Source: Phoronis australis (lineage: Eukaryota > Animalia > Phoronida). From it: DNA of 64,000 nucleotides. Made by a program: the position numbers and the translations under genes. The notes under the pieces are model-generated. The model was not told the DNA's origin. It saw only the letters and a list, made by a program, of their open reading frames with translations, and ran no database searches. Below, piece by piece: positions 14,601-29,600 of this stretch (position 1 is its first letter; every line of letters starts with the position of its first letter). The DNA is taken from assembly GCA_002633005.1 (NCBI GenBank), contig NMRA01000322.1:186001-250000 (forward strand). The letters run 5' to 3'.

Positions 14601-17600
14601 AATATGTAGCATTGAATATTAAGTTTTCGCCAAATTTTGCTGAGGATACAGCAAACCTTTCATGGCAAATCTCACTCGTTTCAAGAATTTTATTGGGTTT
14701 GGGAATGAATGATATTAGCTATATCTTCAGTGCAGACGTTCTTGATCAGGGATCTGCAGTGCAGACGATAGTGATCAGGGATCTGCAGTGCAGACGTTAG
14801 TAATGACCTTTCCAGCACACACACACACGAACACCCATACACACGCACTCAAGCATACGCACATGCACATCTTCCAAATATAAACGTGGTATAGGTCAGG
14901 GGGAAACTATAAATGTTACAAGAAACACAACTCTGAAGAGCATTTTGTGTCTTGCATAAATTTTTTACAGTCCTAATCCTAGACATACGACAGGTCAACA
15001 AATATTCTTGTATTTTGCCTTCGACATTCATGTAACAACAGTATGACAGCAGACTTTCGCTGTCCAAGTTTTCGTATTTTCCTGGATACAAATTATAATG
15101 TGATCCTATTACTGCCAAAAAGACTTCATCAGTCAGCTCAAAAAAGAGTTTCACGACAATCGCGCGACTGTCTCTTCCAAACATGCTGTTTCATTATGTA
15201 CCTATTTGGAGTTAAAGGTGTCGTGAAAGTGAGTGGTGACATGATATTACATGCTGGACTTATTAACCATACAACTTGAAAATATGACATAACTGAATAA
15301 CGCTCACCTAGTCCCTTGCTGGTGAAATTAGCGCTGGACGTCAGAGGGCGACGACCCAAAAACTGCTCACAAAGATCGTCGCTGCTGGCAAATGAGTCTA
15401 GGTTGGCGCTGGAGCAACACGACCAGGCAGCGTTTATATCTGTTGTGTCCTTGGCCCCAGAGAATCGCCTATAGATGTTAAGAAATCCGGCCGCCTCGCC
15501 TTCCTCAACCAACGCTGTGCCCTTGTAACAAGCTCGAATGGTCAATGCTTGACCATTTGTATCCAGGAAGTTAGTGTTCTGAATGTAGCATTTGACACCG
15601 GCTGGGATTCTTGAATCAGTGATTGTGTCAAAGAAGGAAGGATCAATTTGACCTGCAGCGCTGGGTGCAGTATTGAATTTCAACGGCTCAAACGTTATGC
15701 TGTTTGTGGTGTCGTAGGCTTTGTCGTCATCGATCCATTTCTTACAGGTGTAGCCTGGATGGTCGTATGACTGCGCATTATTAGACAGTTTGTACACAAA
15801 TCTGCCTTTGACAGATTGCCCACTCTGGGTTTGGGCGTCCATGCGGGATAGCAATGTTTGGTCGGAATTCTTCGTCACATCGAGGTAGGAATGGGTGTAT
15901 TCTGTGGCAATTGTGGGAGTCTTCACTCCAACACGAGCCTGGAAATTCTTGACACCAGCAGCAGACAGAGTCTTCTCCCACAGCATGGCTCGGTCAGCGT
16001 AAACAAAGCCAGTGACAGTGTTCTTATAGTCCGTAGTAACCACGCACTGGAAGGTGACGGTCTTGCTGTCAGCTGAGGGGTCTCCCATTTTGCTCCAAGT
16101 AAACACAATGGCGTACTGAGGTTGGAACTCATACGGCAAATCGGTCTTATTGGCAAGTTCTTTAGCGAACGCCAACGCCGTGGTGGTCTCGGCGCTGTTG
16201 GAATCAGTGTTAACAAAAGTCTTGTAAAACAAGCCTCTTGTGCTATCTGTCTTGTCCCCGAGTTTCATGTTAGCCCAGAAGGGCGCAATGAACACTTCTG
16301 GTTTTCCAGCGAAAGATGAGTCTTGTAGTGTTGTTCCGTATGGGTTTGGGAATTTTTTTGGATTTTTGTCAGTACTAACCAACAGAACGGCACCAGAGAG
16401 TGTGGCGTAAGCAAACTTTGCATATTTCGTGTCGCTGCCAGTGTCATACGGTAGACTAATCGGGACAGAGATGATAGGTGTGTAATCTTTATCAACTCTA
16501 GTGTGAGTTGCGAAAGACAACAGGCGATCCTCTGAAAGGCAAGGTCAATGTTAGAACACAAAAGTTTAATTGCACTTACTTGGGCGCAGATCAATAACTT
16601 GGCGATAAAAGTTGTGTTTATAAGAGAGCAAATTTCTTCCCAACAGTCGGCGGCACAAACATTAAAATCGTGAAACATACTGATTAACTCCGACAAACAG
16701 GTTTGAACATTTTTCGCCATGAGAGTAATAATAAAATGACGACATACTACTGACAAATTTTAGATTGCTTTTTGACACTCTTCTTTATTTGCCGCTGACC
16801 AACTGAGTTAAAATATATCCTTTCCACACAAAACATGACGATAAACCAACCAAAACATATCCACTATAAGGCAACTTCTGAGTGACAGTGAACAATGAAA
16901 ATCAAAACACGGGATGCAAATATCTCACCAGTGCAGCTTTTCCCATTTCCACTGCTGTAGGGAGCCTTGCACGCGCAAGTGAACGATCCGTCAGTGTTGG
17001 TGCATGTGGCCCTATCGGCGCTGTCACAATCAGCCTTATTGAGGCTGCACTCGTCTATATCTGTAATGGTAATAGGTAACGTTGGTTGAACTTGCTAACC
17101 ACTAGTATATCCATCCAGTATACGCTGCTGGTGCCATTATTTTCCCATTCGGCAGACAGCTACGTTGCTTTCGGCCTTCAAATGACGGGACCCCTGTGCC
17201 ATGTGAGACACGAACCACAGTAATCTGTCATTTATTCCCTAGCTAAGAAATCACCTCTGATCTCTGGACATTCAACTTAATGAGCTGACGAAGCACTTAC
17301 CGGAAGTAAAATCGAGTACCAGGTGCCACTATTCAATAGTGACGCTGCGCAAATTGGGCGCAAGATACAATATATAGAATTCCTTACAGTTCTATATTCC
17401 TACTATATTGGACTCACATAGAGACGCCTCTGTGACAGACTGAAAGAACATCACACCTCAAACAAAATCAACGTCTATAGGCATTGTGCTAGTGCGAATC
17501 ACAAAGTTAATTCAGTTTGTATTATCTATAAAGAACCTATAAAGGAATCACTGTACATTAAAGAATGCAGAGCTCAGTTACCCCGCAGCTATGGTGATGA

Positions 17601-20600
17601 CCTACTTACTATTCCCTGTATTTCTTACTACTCGCATTTCACCACATGGATGTAACCTATCGACATTGGCTGACAGTCTTATTGTATATATCCTGGTGAT
17701 GTCTAATGAATAGACGAAACGTTAAATGAACATGAACTGTTTTATTTGTGCGGCGACTGTCCGTTTTTTATTCCTACTATGGCCAAAAAACTGATGTAAT
17801 AAAGCTATAGATTAGTTTATCGCATGTTGCCGAGTGATGCATGAGTAATTCTTTCTTAGACGGTAAGCTATGATACTTTCAAAGACCTTAGACAGAAATA
17901 CGGGATGATAACCGGTCTGTAAGTTTCTTTAAACAAAGCATCCTTGTGAAAGATTCATATAAACTGGAAACTGTAACTTGATAATACCATATTTGTTAAA
18001 TTAGCCATCATGGGACCAAGTTCTCTAAAACCTAGTCGTATGGACTTAGGGGGAACATAATGTACGCCTGCAGCCTTTTCTAGCTTAATAGCCTTCATTT
18101 TTGTCTCAGTATTCTTTTGTGCCACTGCTTTGAAAAAGAGGCTGCAGATCGTCTGCTCTGCTGTTTCTAATACCTCCAATTCTTGGGTTTGTGATGTCAT
18201 CTGACATCTGTGGCCAACCAATATCATTGGCCACATTAATGAAATAGTAATTGAAAATATAATTGACGATTTTCTTGTAAATCAACACTGTTCTTCCTTG
18301 AAAACGAATTGTACTTCCGGAGTTAGACTGGGCGCTGCTTAAACCATGAGGCTGAATAGGTTCAAGTATGAAAACACAACCGTTTACCGTTACACTTCCT
18401 GCTGTCCACTGAGGGCTTGCTGTATCCATCTTTACACTCACAGGTGTAATTTCCGTCTGTGTCGACGCAGCCCTTGACTCCGCTCACCAACACACCAGAA
18501 GATGCGCAATCGTTTACGAATGACGAGCATTCGTTGAAGTCTGAGAAAGATAGTCGAAGTATCATACATAGGTGCAATTATAATAAACACGCATAAGCAT
18601 GGCTGTTCGTGGTTGTATAGGTCTTGTCCTCAAATTTATAGCAATCTATCAACAATCAAGAATATCTCATTTCTCTCAACTTTTTTCCGCGAAATTTCGA
18701 CCAAATTCCAGTGAAATCCTAGTCGGAAATGTTACATAAATTGCTCAACACTTTTCAGATATGCAAAGTTGGCCTTTTCTTTTTATTCTTCTTAGCATGT
18801 ATATGTATTATTGTAATACAGTGTGAGATTTTTTTCTACACTTCATAAATATAACAAGGAATGAATTGCATTTTTTTCTGTTTAGTGGGCTAAAAACTAA
18901 AATAGATTTATGCATTATACTCTCATAAAATTTGCCCCGTCTTACCGACTCTAGTTCCGTTAATAATACGAGAATTTTGATACTATAATTTTTTGGCGAT
19001 TTCGAAAGCAGGGCACCCACACATTTCCTATGACTTGAATTGGTAAAAGAAATAGAATCCAGGAGACCAATTTTAAGAGAGTAAATGTATGATTCGTTTT
19101 TCACTAGTTAGTCAGCTTAACCGGGCGAAATGTCGCATTTAGAGTTATTTTTGTGAAATGTGACTCAAATAATGTCTATTTGAAAGGTGAAAGAGAACGT
19201 TCTCGGCTACAAATTTTTCGTTTGCATTAATTTCACTACATGCAGGTTTTATTAGCTGTTTTAAGGGATATCGCTTGATCACAACTTACTTCTGCAACCT
19301 TTCTTGTCTTCGTTCTCCACGTAACCTTCGGCGCATTTACACGTGTACTCACCACACACTGTGTTTTCACACACGTGCGGTGTTCCTGTTGCTGTGCTGC
19401 CACACAAATCGGGATTTGTGTCGCACATAAATACCGCGCAAGGACACGTTTTCAAGCCAGGGCATTGTTGCTTTTCGAATACTTTGTCGATGCAGTCATT
19501 TCGTGTTGCGCCACTCACATCGCTGCAGGTGCGGGTCCTGTTCTGCTCGGCGTAACCGCAATCCCTGTCGCAGACTCCCCATCCTCCCCATTGGGACACG
19601 AATGCAGCGACTACAACAAGAAACTTTAAATAACAGTCTACAACACAGGAGGCCACAGGCATGTAAATACGCCCGGTACATTTTGAATACTTTAGCTTTT
19701 TCGTACCACACCAAATTAGTTTTCGGTACCAGTTGATTTGTTACCTTACTCGCTTCGGCTCCTCACAACAACCAACCAGAAACTGATGACCACTAGGTGG
19801 GGCAGTGACCCTAACTTTGGACAAGGTATTCCCTCCCTTGCTGTTCTTAATCCATAGTGCCCCTTGTGAAACTGGTTCTCAGATCACTTTCACTCAATGG
19901 CTGTCAATCATATAGCCCTCTGCCCAATTCATGACGTGTTGGCTAGCTAACGCATGGTCGCTAAGAGCAGACGTATCCATAGTGATTTGAGTCCACTTTC
20001 TTTCAGCTCGTGTGGCTCAACGACTGCGACATTGATAAGATAACTTAAAATAACATCAGCGGAAAGAGGGTTGCTTCAAAACAGTAAGTCCCAGGTTACA
20101 GACAATGTGCTGGCTAGGAATCATGTAACTGGACGGGGAAATGTTTATCCGATTGAAAGTGAAAGTGTTCTGCTAGAGTCGGACTTCTCAATAGATTCAG
20201 TTGGTAGCAGAAACCACTCACAAGGGTTCGCTCTTGTGATAACGGGAGCCACGTGCTATAACTGAACGCAAGCATTTCTATTCTTTACTTGCTACGCCTA
20301 CTGAATTTCGAGTTTCCAATTAAGAAACATTTTCAACCCGGCGCCGTCATCGAACAGAGCAAAGCAATTTTAAATACACCCACAGTAGCCATGTCGTGGC
20401 CTGCGTGGTCGGCCTCTTGAACAAAATCCTTAACAATACCNGAGTCGAGAAAGGTAGATTTTATCACCCTCGGGGCTAATGCCCCTCGGGCGATAATTCT
20501 CCAAAATCCACTCGGGCTCTAGATAACGGGGGATAACGACTTCGCCATGTGATAATCTATATATATTGATACCCTCAAACAAAGGCAAGCGTATTCTGCA

Positions 20601-23600
20601 GTTACAAAACCAATGTTGTTTTAATGGGGAATTGCTTGGAATAGAAATTAAATGTCGTTTACTTGTTGAACAGTTGACGCCTGTGTATCCAGGATTACAA
20701 GTGCAGTTGTAGGATGCCCCCTGGTTGTTGCATGTTCCGTGGACGCATGGGTTTCCAGCACAAGGGTCCGCTGGGGCGACGGATGACGTGGCAGCAACAG
20801 AGGATGAAGAGGCTGGTGTGGCAGATACGGAACCGGTGGCAGATGCGGTTGACGAAGCCATTTGAGAAACTACCGAAGAGCTTGGGGTTGCCGTTGCACC
20901 AGAGTTGGTTGCTGATGCGGAAGAAGATGCTAAAATCAAACACGTAATAGTTCTTGTGAGACAATAGTTGACAAAGAGGCTACAAAAGAATGCATGAAAA
21001 CTAAAACATTACACGGATGCAGGAAACAAACGTCGCAAGATGGTTTTTTATCATCGGAAGATAAGCCTATCAGAAATCAACGTTACTGTTAGCTGACATC
21101 ATACACTCGCATTACAAAGCCCAGCATCAAGGTTAAGCACGAAACAAAGTCTGTGGTAAATGAATGTCATTACAATTTTGCAGTTACAATCAAGTTAAAA
21201 GCACAAAGCACACGCACAAAAACTCGCAAATACGTCGTCGTAAGTCAACTGATCTTAATAATAACTGATTACCAATAAAAGGTGATGGGTCTGAATTGAC
21301 AGCAGCAGACAATGTTGACTGGAATGTTGCGACAGAACTGGATGCAAATGGAGCCGATTTGGATGACCCTTACGAACCAAGCACAAAAATATGTTAGTAA
21401 GCAAGTTACATATTTAAGGTAGATCGTAAGGTTATGTAAGACCATATAAAAATGGTCAAACTTGGCTGATTTAGGAACATCGTATCTCGTAAATGGTTGT
21501 CGAATTCATATGAAGCTTTCAGATATTATGTTTTATCCACAGTTTTAAAACTGTTATTAGAAATTGTTTTTCAACATTTCCATTTTTGTATGAAGAAATA
21601 TCATAAATGTGACAGCCTTAAAATTTATAGTTTTCTAGATTTTTTGGCATAGACTTGTCGATAACGTACTACATAAACTTAACTAGAAATGCCCAATCCC
21701 ATTTCAGGTTTACTGAATATAAAAATTGGCACGCTAGTTTCAGTAAAAACGGTGCGTAGAAGAGACACTATTTTTAGGTCGTGCTTCGCAGTTCATAAAA
21801 ATGACATTTTTGTGACGTATCTTTAAGGTATTTTGCGATTCACGTCATTTTGGTAGGGAAAATGTAAAATGTCCTTTCCTCCTTTTCACCATCTAAAACT
21901 GAACCTGTAAACAGTCCTCTCAATCACACAGAGTATGCCTCAAAAGCTGCTAAAACCATGCCCAGATAGACTGTCTCAAGTAAAAAGAGCGTCAAAGTTC
22001 GATTATTTTAGCAGGGTAGATGTAGTAAATCAACTCACCCAAGTTTGGATCGCTTTATTTCAATTAAAGGTCTGTTAATTCGTCACAAACTGATTGCTAT
22101 GATGACCATGGAATGGTTTAGTTCATTTTGTTAGAGGAGCCAGCCAATTTCGATTGGGGTCGTGGGAAACCAGAAAATTCCCTTTTAATTCACCGCCATG
22201 ATCTCTAGATTCCACCATTGTAGAGGACTCTTGCATGATATTAAGTACACCGTCAGGTATTTACTTTGAGAGAATTTTCCAATACCTGTACATTACCCTA
22301 CGGCACCATTTGAAACACGTAGATGCCAACTTTTATAATGAAATTCCCCGAGTACTTGATTTGTAAAATAGAACAACAGGGCTGCGTCCCATAAGGTTCA
22401 AGAATTTCAAAAAATGCAATATCTTCGCGAGACATTGCTAAGAATATCGATGGACGCTGTCACAAGTGTTTGACATGTAAGCCAATGGCGAATCTGTGAA
22501 GGGGTGAGAAGTACAGTACATTAGCACAGTTCAATGTTTCCCGCCTCCCATTCAGTAACGCTAGGACCTCGCTAAAAAGCAAGACTTCGCATTTTAAATG
22601 AGAACACGTGACTTTGACTAGGTTTTAGCTAGGTCCTGGCGTCTACTGAACGCACGCTCGGTCTTTAAATCCTTGCAGGTCATTAAACACACCCATGTTA
22701 CACAGCATTAGGACACTCTCGCATAAAATTGACATTATGCACAGCTAGTATGAAGCTTAGCAAAGCAAACAGCATCTCGATAATGGTATGAATTCAGATT
22801 AAGTTAGAGGCATGATATCAATAAATAAAGGCACACGAAATATTGTTAACTCTCAGAAAACATAGTGTTGATTTCATGAATGCACTTGAGACTATTGTGT
22901 TAGCAACAGACGAGCTATTTTTGTTACCAGAAGGTGTCGCTGATGACGAGCTAACTGCAGCAGGTGATGAACCAGCTGCAGTCGACGACGAAGACTGTGC
23001 AGGTGCAACAGAACTTGAAGAGAAAGCAACCGAGGGCGACACAGATAGAGAACCTGACAAACACGCCAACATTAGTACAGACACATAGCAAAATACAGAA
23101 TGCAAGCAATAAATTAAAAGCATAATTGCACAACTTTACGTCTCTTGGTTATGGAACACCTTTATCTTATCTATTGGTAAAAATGGAAATTACAAGCTCA
23201 GTTAGTCAGTCATATAAAGTATATTTGAAACTTTTCTATTTCCAAAAAAGAAAATGGTTTCCGCGTTCCCCAGGAAAATTTTCATAACAGTTCAGTAAAA
23301 TTTATCAGGCCATTCCATAGTTTCTATGTTCAATTAAGCCACAAATACATGTAGGAAAAGAATGTCTATTTTTTATTTAACTAAGACACGTGTTTGAAAC
23401 AAATACACTTGCTTACAAAGATGTCTTATTGTACACGCTATTGTAATCACCTGGTGCTGACAAACACGATTTAAAGCTTGAAAGTCAAGTACTGGCTCGG
23501 AAAACAATTTTTCAATCTGGGACAAAGATAATTGTTGAATTGATTTTTTCAATTCGTGAAAGGTGACTGCAACGTTGTGAATGCTCGAAATTTCACGAAA

Positions 23601-26600
23601 TGTTAATTGATGACAGTTGTGCAGCTCAAAGCCTGCTTACAGCAACCTGCCGTTAGGGCATGGTGCGATCTGTAGTGGTATTCCCCTCGGCAATTTGGTT
23701 TCCAAGCGATAATCCAAAAATAAGTTACGGACCTCCATATGCATTACAAATCCCTGTTGTTTTCTTATGAAATCGGTACATGACAGGCTCCGCTATTTCA
23801 TAAAATCAGAGGATTCATAGGTGTGGCGTCAGGTTGACTCCATGGTTTCTGTTCTTCAAGTTGACTGACAAGGCAATTCAATTTCCTAGTTCATATTTGC
23901 TTTTCTTGAAATGCTAAATCCTTCTTTAAAGCACTGTGTCCTAAGTTGAAGCATTTTCAGATAAGTGTCAAAAAATCATCTGATGAAAGTACGTGTGGTT
24001 GAATTGTTAGTAGATAAATCATTTTCGTCATGAAGGCAAATTCCAAACAATGTTGTGTTCTGTCGTCTTATGGTTTAATTCTTCATACCAAATGGCATAG
24101 CTAGTTCCAGGTTTTATCATGAAGTCCTGATTAACCGACGCGAGGCGCTGGTTACAAATCAGTGACCAACTACTGCGCAGCCGCAGTCGAGTTTCATGAA
24201 AAAGCAGACAAAGGCATCACACAGCAGGAACCTTGGCAATCAACCAAAGTCTTCCTCAAAGCAAGAGTCAAACACAGACAGTACAAAAATCGTGGATAAC
24301 AATTCTACGTGGTGAGTTTAATCTGAAGAGAAAGTTATTCAAAAGGACGCCACAAATGGTGCAAGGTAAATATTTTCAAGTAGTGTGAAATCGAACTTAT
24401 TAGCACACTTTTGTTATAGCAAAGCACGTACCAGAAAATTCAAAAACATTTAAATTAGACTTTGGTGTAAACCACAACATTAACAAAGGTAAAGGCCGCT
24501 GACATGATGTGTTTCTGATTTGCGTTGAATGACGTTTGACTCCATATAATAGAAAAGTTGTACGGAGGACAGTCTACAGTTAAGTTAGTTACCCGTTGAT
24601 AACACGTCCGACGATGCTGACTGCACAAGGTCTGCAGTGGAGCTTGATGGAGAACTAGACGGCACAGACGATGAGCCTAAGCAGTTAAACATATAAACAC
24701 AGATCCAGTCTCGTACTTGAACGCCACAAATGTTAGATTTAGCAAAGAATGACTTGGTTAAACACATTTTAATGAAAATTCAATAAGCATTAAGAAACAG
24801 CCAAAAAATATAGTGAGTGATACTTTTTCTTGTAACCACATGAAAAACCTCAAGTTATGCACACGAACCTCAAAAACATGCACTGATGAAACACACTGAT
24901 AAAACTGTGCCATAATATAAAGTTTTTGAATGGGTCGTTCAAAAGAAAAGTCAACAAACCGTAGTTTTTGCCAGACTAGACGAAATGTTTTCGGTACTGA
25001 TATGAAATAGAAATGTCAAGCTTTAAGTTAACGTTGACTTATTTTTACAGGCTGATAATGTGGCAAATTTCGCTGACAGCACTGCTTCTGTAGAGGGGTT
25101 TGGTTGAAAAGCAGACGACACAGACGATGAGCCTAAGCAGTTAATCGCTAAGTTAGCGCTTTAATGTGCACGTAGCGTGTTTCTTTCTTACACATGTACG
25201 TGCACATTACCACGCAGTTTGATTAAACAACGGTCGATAAAAATAAACATTATTTGATGCAAAAATTCACAATTAAAAAAGGCAAACCTTGGCAGGTCAC
25301 TTCGTTCGAACAGTCAAAGTTAAATTTCAAATATGTATAACAACAGTCATGACAACATTCCGAACGGAATACATAAAGAAGCCATTTTTATTACCAGCAG
25401 AGGATGAGCCTGCACCAACACTCGAACCAGCAGCTGACGAAGACAAAGCTACAAACAGTCAAACAGGACAAGACTGACAAAGCACTCAGCAAACATGAAT
25501 TAAGACTGACAAGGCACTCAACAAACATTGGTTAAGACCTTTATATTATTAGTTGCATAACACAGTCTAATTAGGATGTCCTTAGTCGATATGTTTTCAC
25601 CAGTAAACGCAGGCCAAAAGTCATGTAAGACACAACCAAGAGTAGTTACAAAGCATAAACTACAGTGTATGTAATTCAAGTCGAACAAAGAAACAATTAC
25701 AACTGGTTATTTTACAATATTGGTGCTGAATTTATTTGAAGGTAATGGATGGTAGCAATCAAAACCATGTGGTGAATTTGCCAGCCTGGCGTCTGCATTT
25801 TAGAATAATTGATCAGGAATGTTCAGACGATTGTGAAAGAACAAAACAAATTGGAGAGCGTAAGGTCAATCGTTGATAAAAATGAAACGGTAACGTCTTT
25901 TCCACAAGTAAAGTTGCATAAAGCGAAAACAGAAGTGATACTCTTAAAAACTGTACTGGCGTTTTGTGAGATCTCATCTTCAACATTTATATCTAACAAA
26001 AATTGGCTGTTTTGGGATCAATGTACCTTTCTTTTTAACAATTTTTAGTAAAAAGGCATGGTCATATTTTCCAATTAATATCAGGTTGGTGAATAGTGAA
26101 ATCTATCTTCTTTTTAGTTTCAGAAAATACAAACTTTTACTGAATTACACGCTTTAATTTTACAGATGTTTGGCTAAAAAGCTGATCCTACACAACCTAA
26201 TGAAACCAAAGCCCCAGCAGACAAATATTAAACAAAACAAACAATTAAACGCAAGCAACACTGACACATAAAGGACATTCTTGTTACGGGTGCAAAAAGT
26301 CACCTTGTGTAATGGAAGAACTGCCATATCTGCTTGGTTAGTTGCGAGAGGTGGCGACAGGTGTCGCCAGAAACCAAATACGTAAAAAGATATACACTTC
26401 GACCAAATATTGCAATAATTATTTCGAACACACCTTTGAATATCTAAAATAACATTAGATCTGTGCAACACTTTTGCATCGTTCCTGAAAATAGCTGACC
26501 GACACGCATGGTCGCAAACATTCGGGTATTTTCGTAGCCCCACATTTCAGACAACAAAAATACCCAAGGTGCTCCTGATGCTGAATCGCAAATGGTGACA

Positions 26601-29600
26601 GCATGGCGAGTTTATCAGTACCGTAAATTCAAGCGTGCTGGTGTTGGCTTGTGCAACGCACCGAGCAGAAAGGAATGTCGGGTGTCAAAATAAATAACCT
26701 ACCTTGACCAGCTGTAGACGAGGCGCTTGCAGTTTGGGAACCTGTAACAGTCAATCACATGTTACAACTATTTTAAAGTAAGAAGATACAAGCCGTCTTA
26801 ATTCACATTCAACATTGAATTTGAATGAAAATAAAGTTTCAAGTAACAAAGCATATCCGTCATGGTGAGATACGCCATGGCAAATTAGTGCTATTCAGCC
26901 ACTTCAAAATTACCCGTATAAAACTACTAGTTTCCCTAAAAAATTTACGATTAAATCCCATGCATGAAAATTGGCCTTCAATACGTATCCAGGCATAATT
27001 TTCATTGATGCACAGCGATTGCTCAACTTGGGGCTTTGCATTGTGTTAAGAGTTGCATCTTATTTTGTCTTGCTACAAAAATATTATGTGCTTTAGTTAC
27101 ATCATAGCACAACGACAATGCAGAACAGCTGATCAAAACTAAAAAATCAGTGCCAATCACCGGTCGCGCAGTGTACTGCGTGGGATAGCAGACGAAATCA
27201 CTGGAAAACGTAATCCCAAAGAATAAGTTTGAAAATGGAAAAAATAAAGTGACCCATTGTTCTCTGAACAGGCCCATAGATTTGAGGCCCTGTGGGAGGT
27301 TTATGGACAAGGACATCGTTGAAAGCTGTTAGGGTATTAATATTTTTTCGCTAATTATGACAGATCTTTGACGAAACCTTAAAGGTTTCCTTGAACGTGT
27401 AAACTTAGCTCCTGTAAGGCGTTAAAAGCATCAATCTGACCACACTGAAGTTATAAAATGTCAGATACAATGAGCAGTTGTGATTGTTGTCCCGGATTTT
27501 CGTCTTACCGTGAGAAACATTAAAAGCTATGAAGGACCCGAGAAAATTTTGTTTAACTTGGGAATGTTATATCTCGGAGACGGCTGATCGGATTCTTGTG
27601 AAATTTTCAGGTACTTTGGATGATGCACTGTTCTTAAAAATAATAAAAGTGATTGTTTTGGAAATATTCCACTTTTGCACGGGGGACTATCAAAATTGAT
27701 TTTTTAGCGTTTTTTCTAAAAACTCTTGATTTGCCTAAAAATGATATTGTAAATTGTAACGGGGGTTTTGAAATTTTGTCTTGAATGTTTATATTTTGAT
27801 ACCCTTGATTATCTTTCTTTTTGGATAAATATTGCTATGAACACATGGTCATGGGACTCAATTAATGGCAGATTAAGACAAAGTCAAAACCCAAACTCTG
27901 CAGGCTTTCAGCTTTCAGAATGCTTATACTTTTAATGAGATTGAATCTACAGTTTTGTGAATGCTTGGCTAAACAAGCATGCTTTTCTATAAGGTCCCGC
28001 ATAGTCTTAATGAGCGACTCGATATTCAAGATGAGGTTCTCGGGAATGAAAGTCCGGGCAGCGGCGAATGTTCGAAACTACTAAAATCGGCCATAAGCTA
28101 TTGAACTTTCGTGCTTTATTAGCTGTTTCCTCGCAGTGACGCAATATAGTGCGAAAAGACTGCATTTGATGTGCCAACGTTTGAATGATCAGATAATGCA
28201 TTCTTGTGTCTATAAGGATAGTCCAATTCAACTAGCTAGAATGACAAAAACCGTTGCTGGAAGACTGAATGCATTCAATATTTGTTATAACAGACACATG
28301 AACGTTAGATTCAGCGAAGACCGACTCAGTTAAACACATTGTCAATGACAATTACGTAAGCATTAACAAAGCTTGTAGAACAAATTTTGCGTATCATTCT
28401 TTTCCAAATAACCACTCTCGTTACGCACACAGTTATTACAAAGCATGGATGGCAAGCATTGGCCAAAACTCTGCCATAAAATGTAGTGTCAAGTGGCATT
28501 TCTGACATGCTCTCGATAACTTGTCGGAAGCCACAGAATGTTTCTCAAAATGGCATGTCATAATAGCTTTAAGTTGAAGGAGAGCTCCGATTAAACCTCA
28601 TTACCGGCTGATACTGCGGCAGATGACGTTGGCTGCACAGCACCTGCAGATGAGCTTGATGGGGAGGACGACACAGACGATGAGCCTAAGCAGTCAAACA
28701 TAAGCACTTAAACGCAAGCCGACTTCAAATGCACAGTGTTAAATGCATGGTCACAACGTGACCTGTAAAAGATTATGCATGCTTTGCGCATGAACAAGCT
28801 AGGTTAACACATAAACACATGAAAACCGACAAATACATGCTGTATATGTTAAATACATGTTGTATCAGGTTAAATGCATGTTGCATCAGGTTAAATACGT
28901 GTTGTATCAGGTTAAATACGTGTTGTATCAGGTTAAATACGTGTTGTATCAGGTTAAATACGTGTTGTATCAGGTTATATACCTGTTGTATCAGGTTAAA
29001 TACGTGTTGTATCAGGTCAAATACGTGTTGTATCAGCTTAAATACATGTTGTATCAGGTTAAATACTGAGCCAACGTCGTTTTCATGTTTATATTGAATA
29101 CGATGTTTGTGAGATACATATAGATGTACACCTGCACCTGTGACTTCAAAACTTTACTCGAGGCCTCGCTTGAAAACTGACGAATCGCGTGTCAGTATTT
29201 TTTTCTATTTTATACAGTATGATTATCCCCAGGATAAGTTGGATCGCTGCATGACATTAAAAGTATTGTTTAAGTGCATCAATGTGACTTGTGATGACGT
29301 GTAATGCTGTGCTGTCAGTGGTGCAACCTCTACCCAACAGGGAGCGGTTCCGTAACAACAATAACAACACACTACTGTGCGTCATCATGTCATTGTGCAA
29401 CAGCCCATCTGACGTCATGCAATACAACGTTACTGGATGATAGTAACCCAACAAACTCAGACACTTTGGTTAAAAAGCCAAAAAGGGGCCAAATTTTCAT
29501 TCCCATTATAATGATTAAAACAATGGAACACGAAATGAAAATGCTTAGTTCAGGCATTCAGTTCGCAGGAATGAAATTTAAACTATTCGGTTTACATCAA

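Noticed and set aside
26160-26660. Possible additional Ser/Ala-type exons
   Set aside because: No consistent acceptor/donor pair with an open phase-1 frame; at most decayed copies.
28819-29097. ORFs with TCCIRLN / YQVKYVL repeats
   Set aside because: Translations of the 21-bp minisatellite; no splice context.
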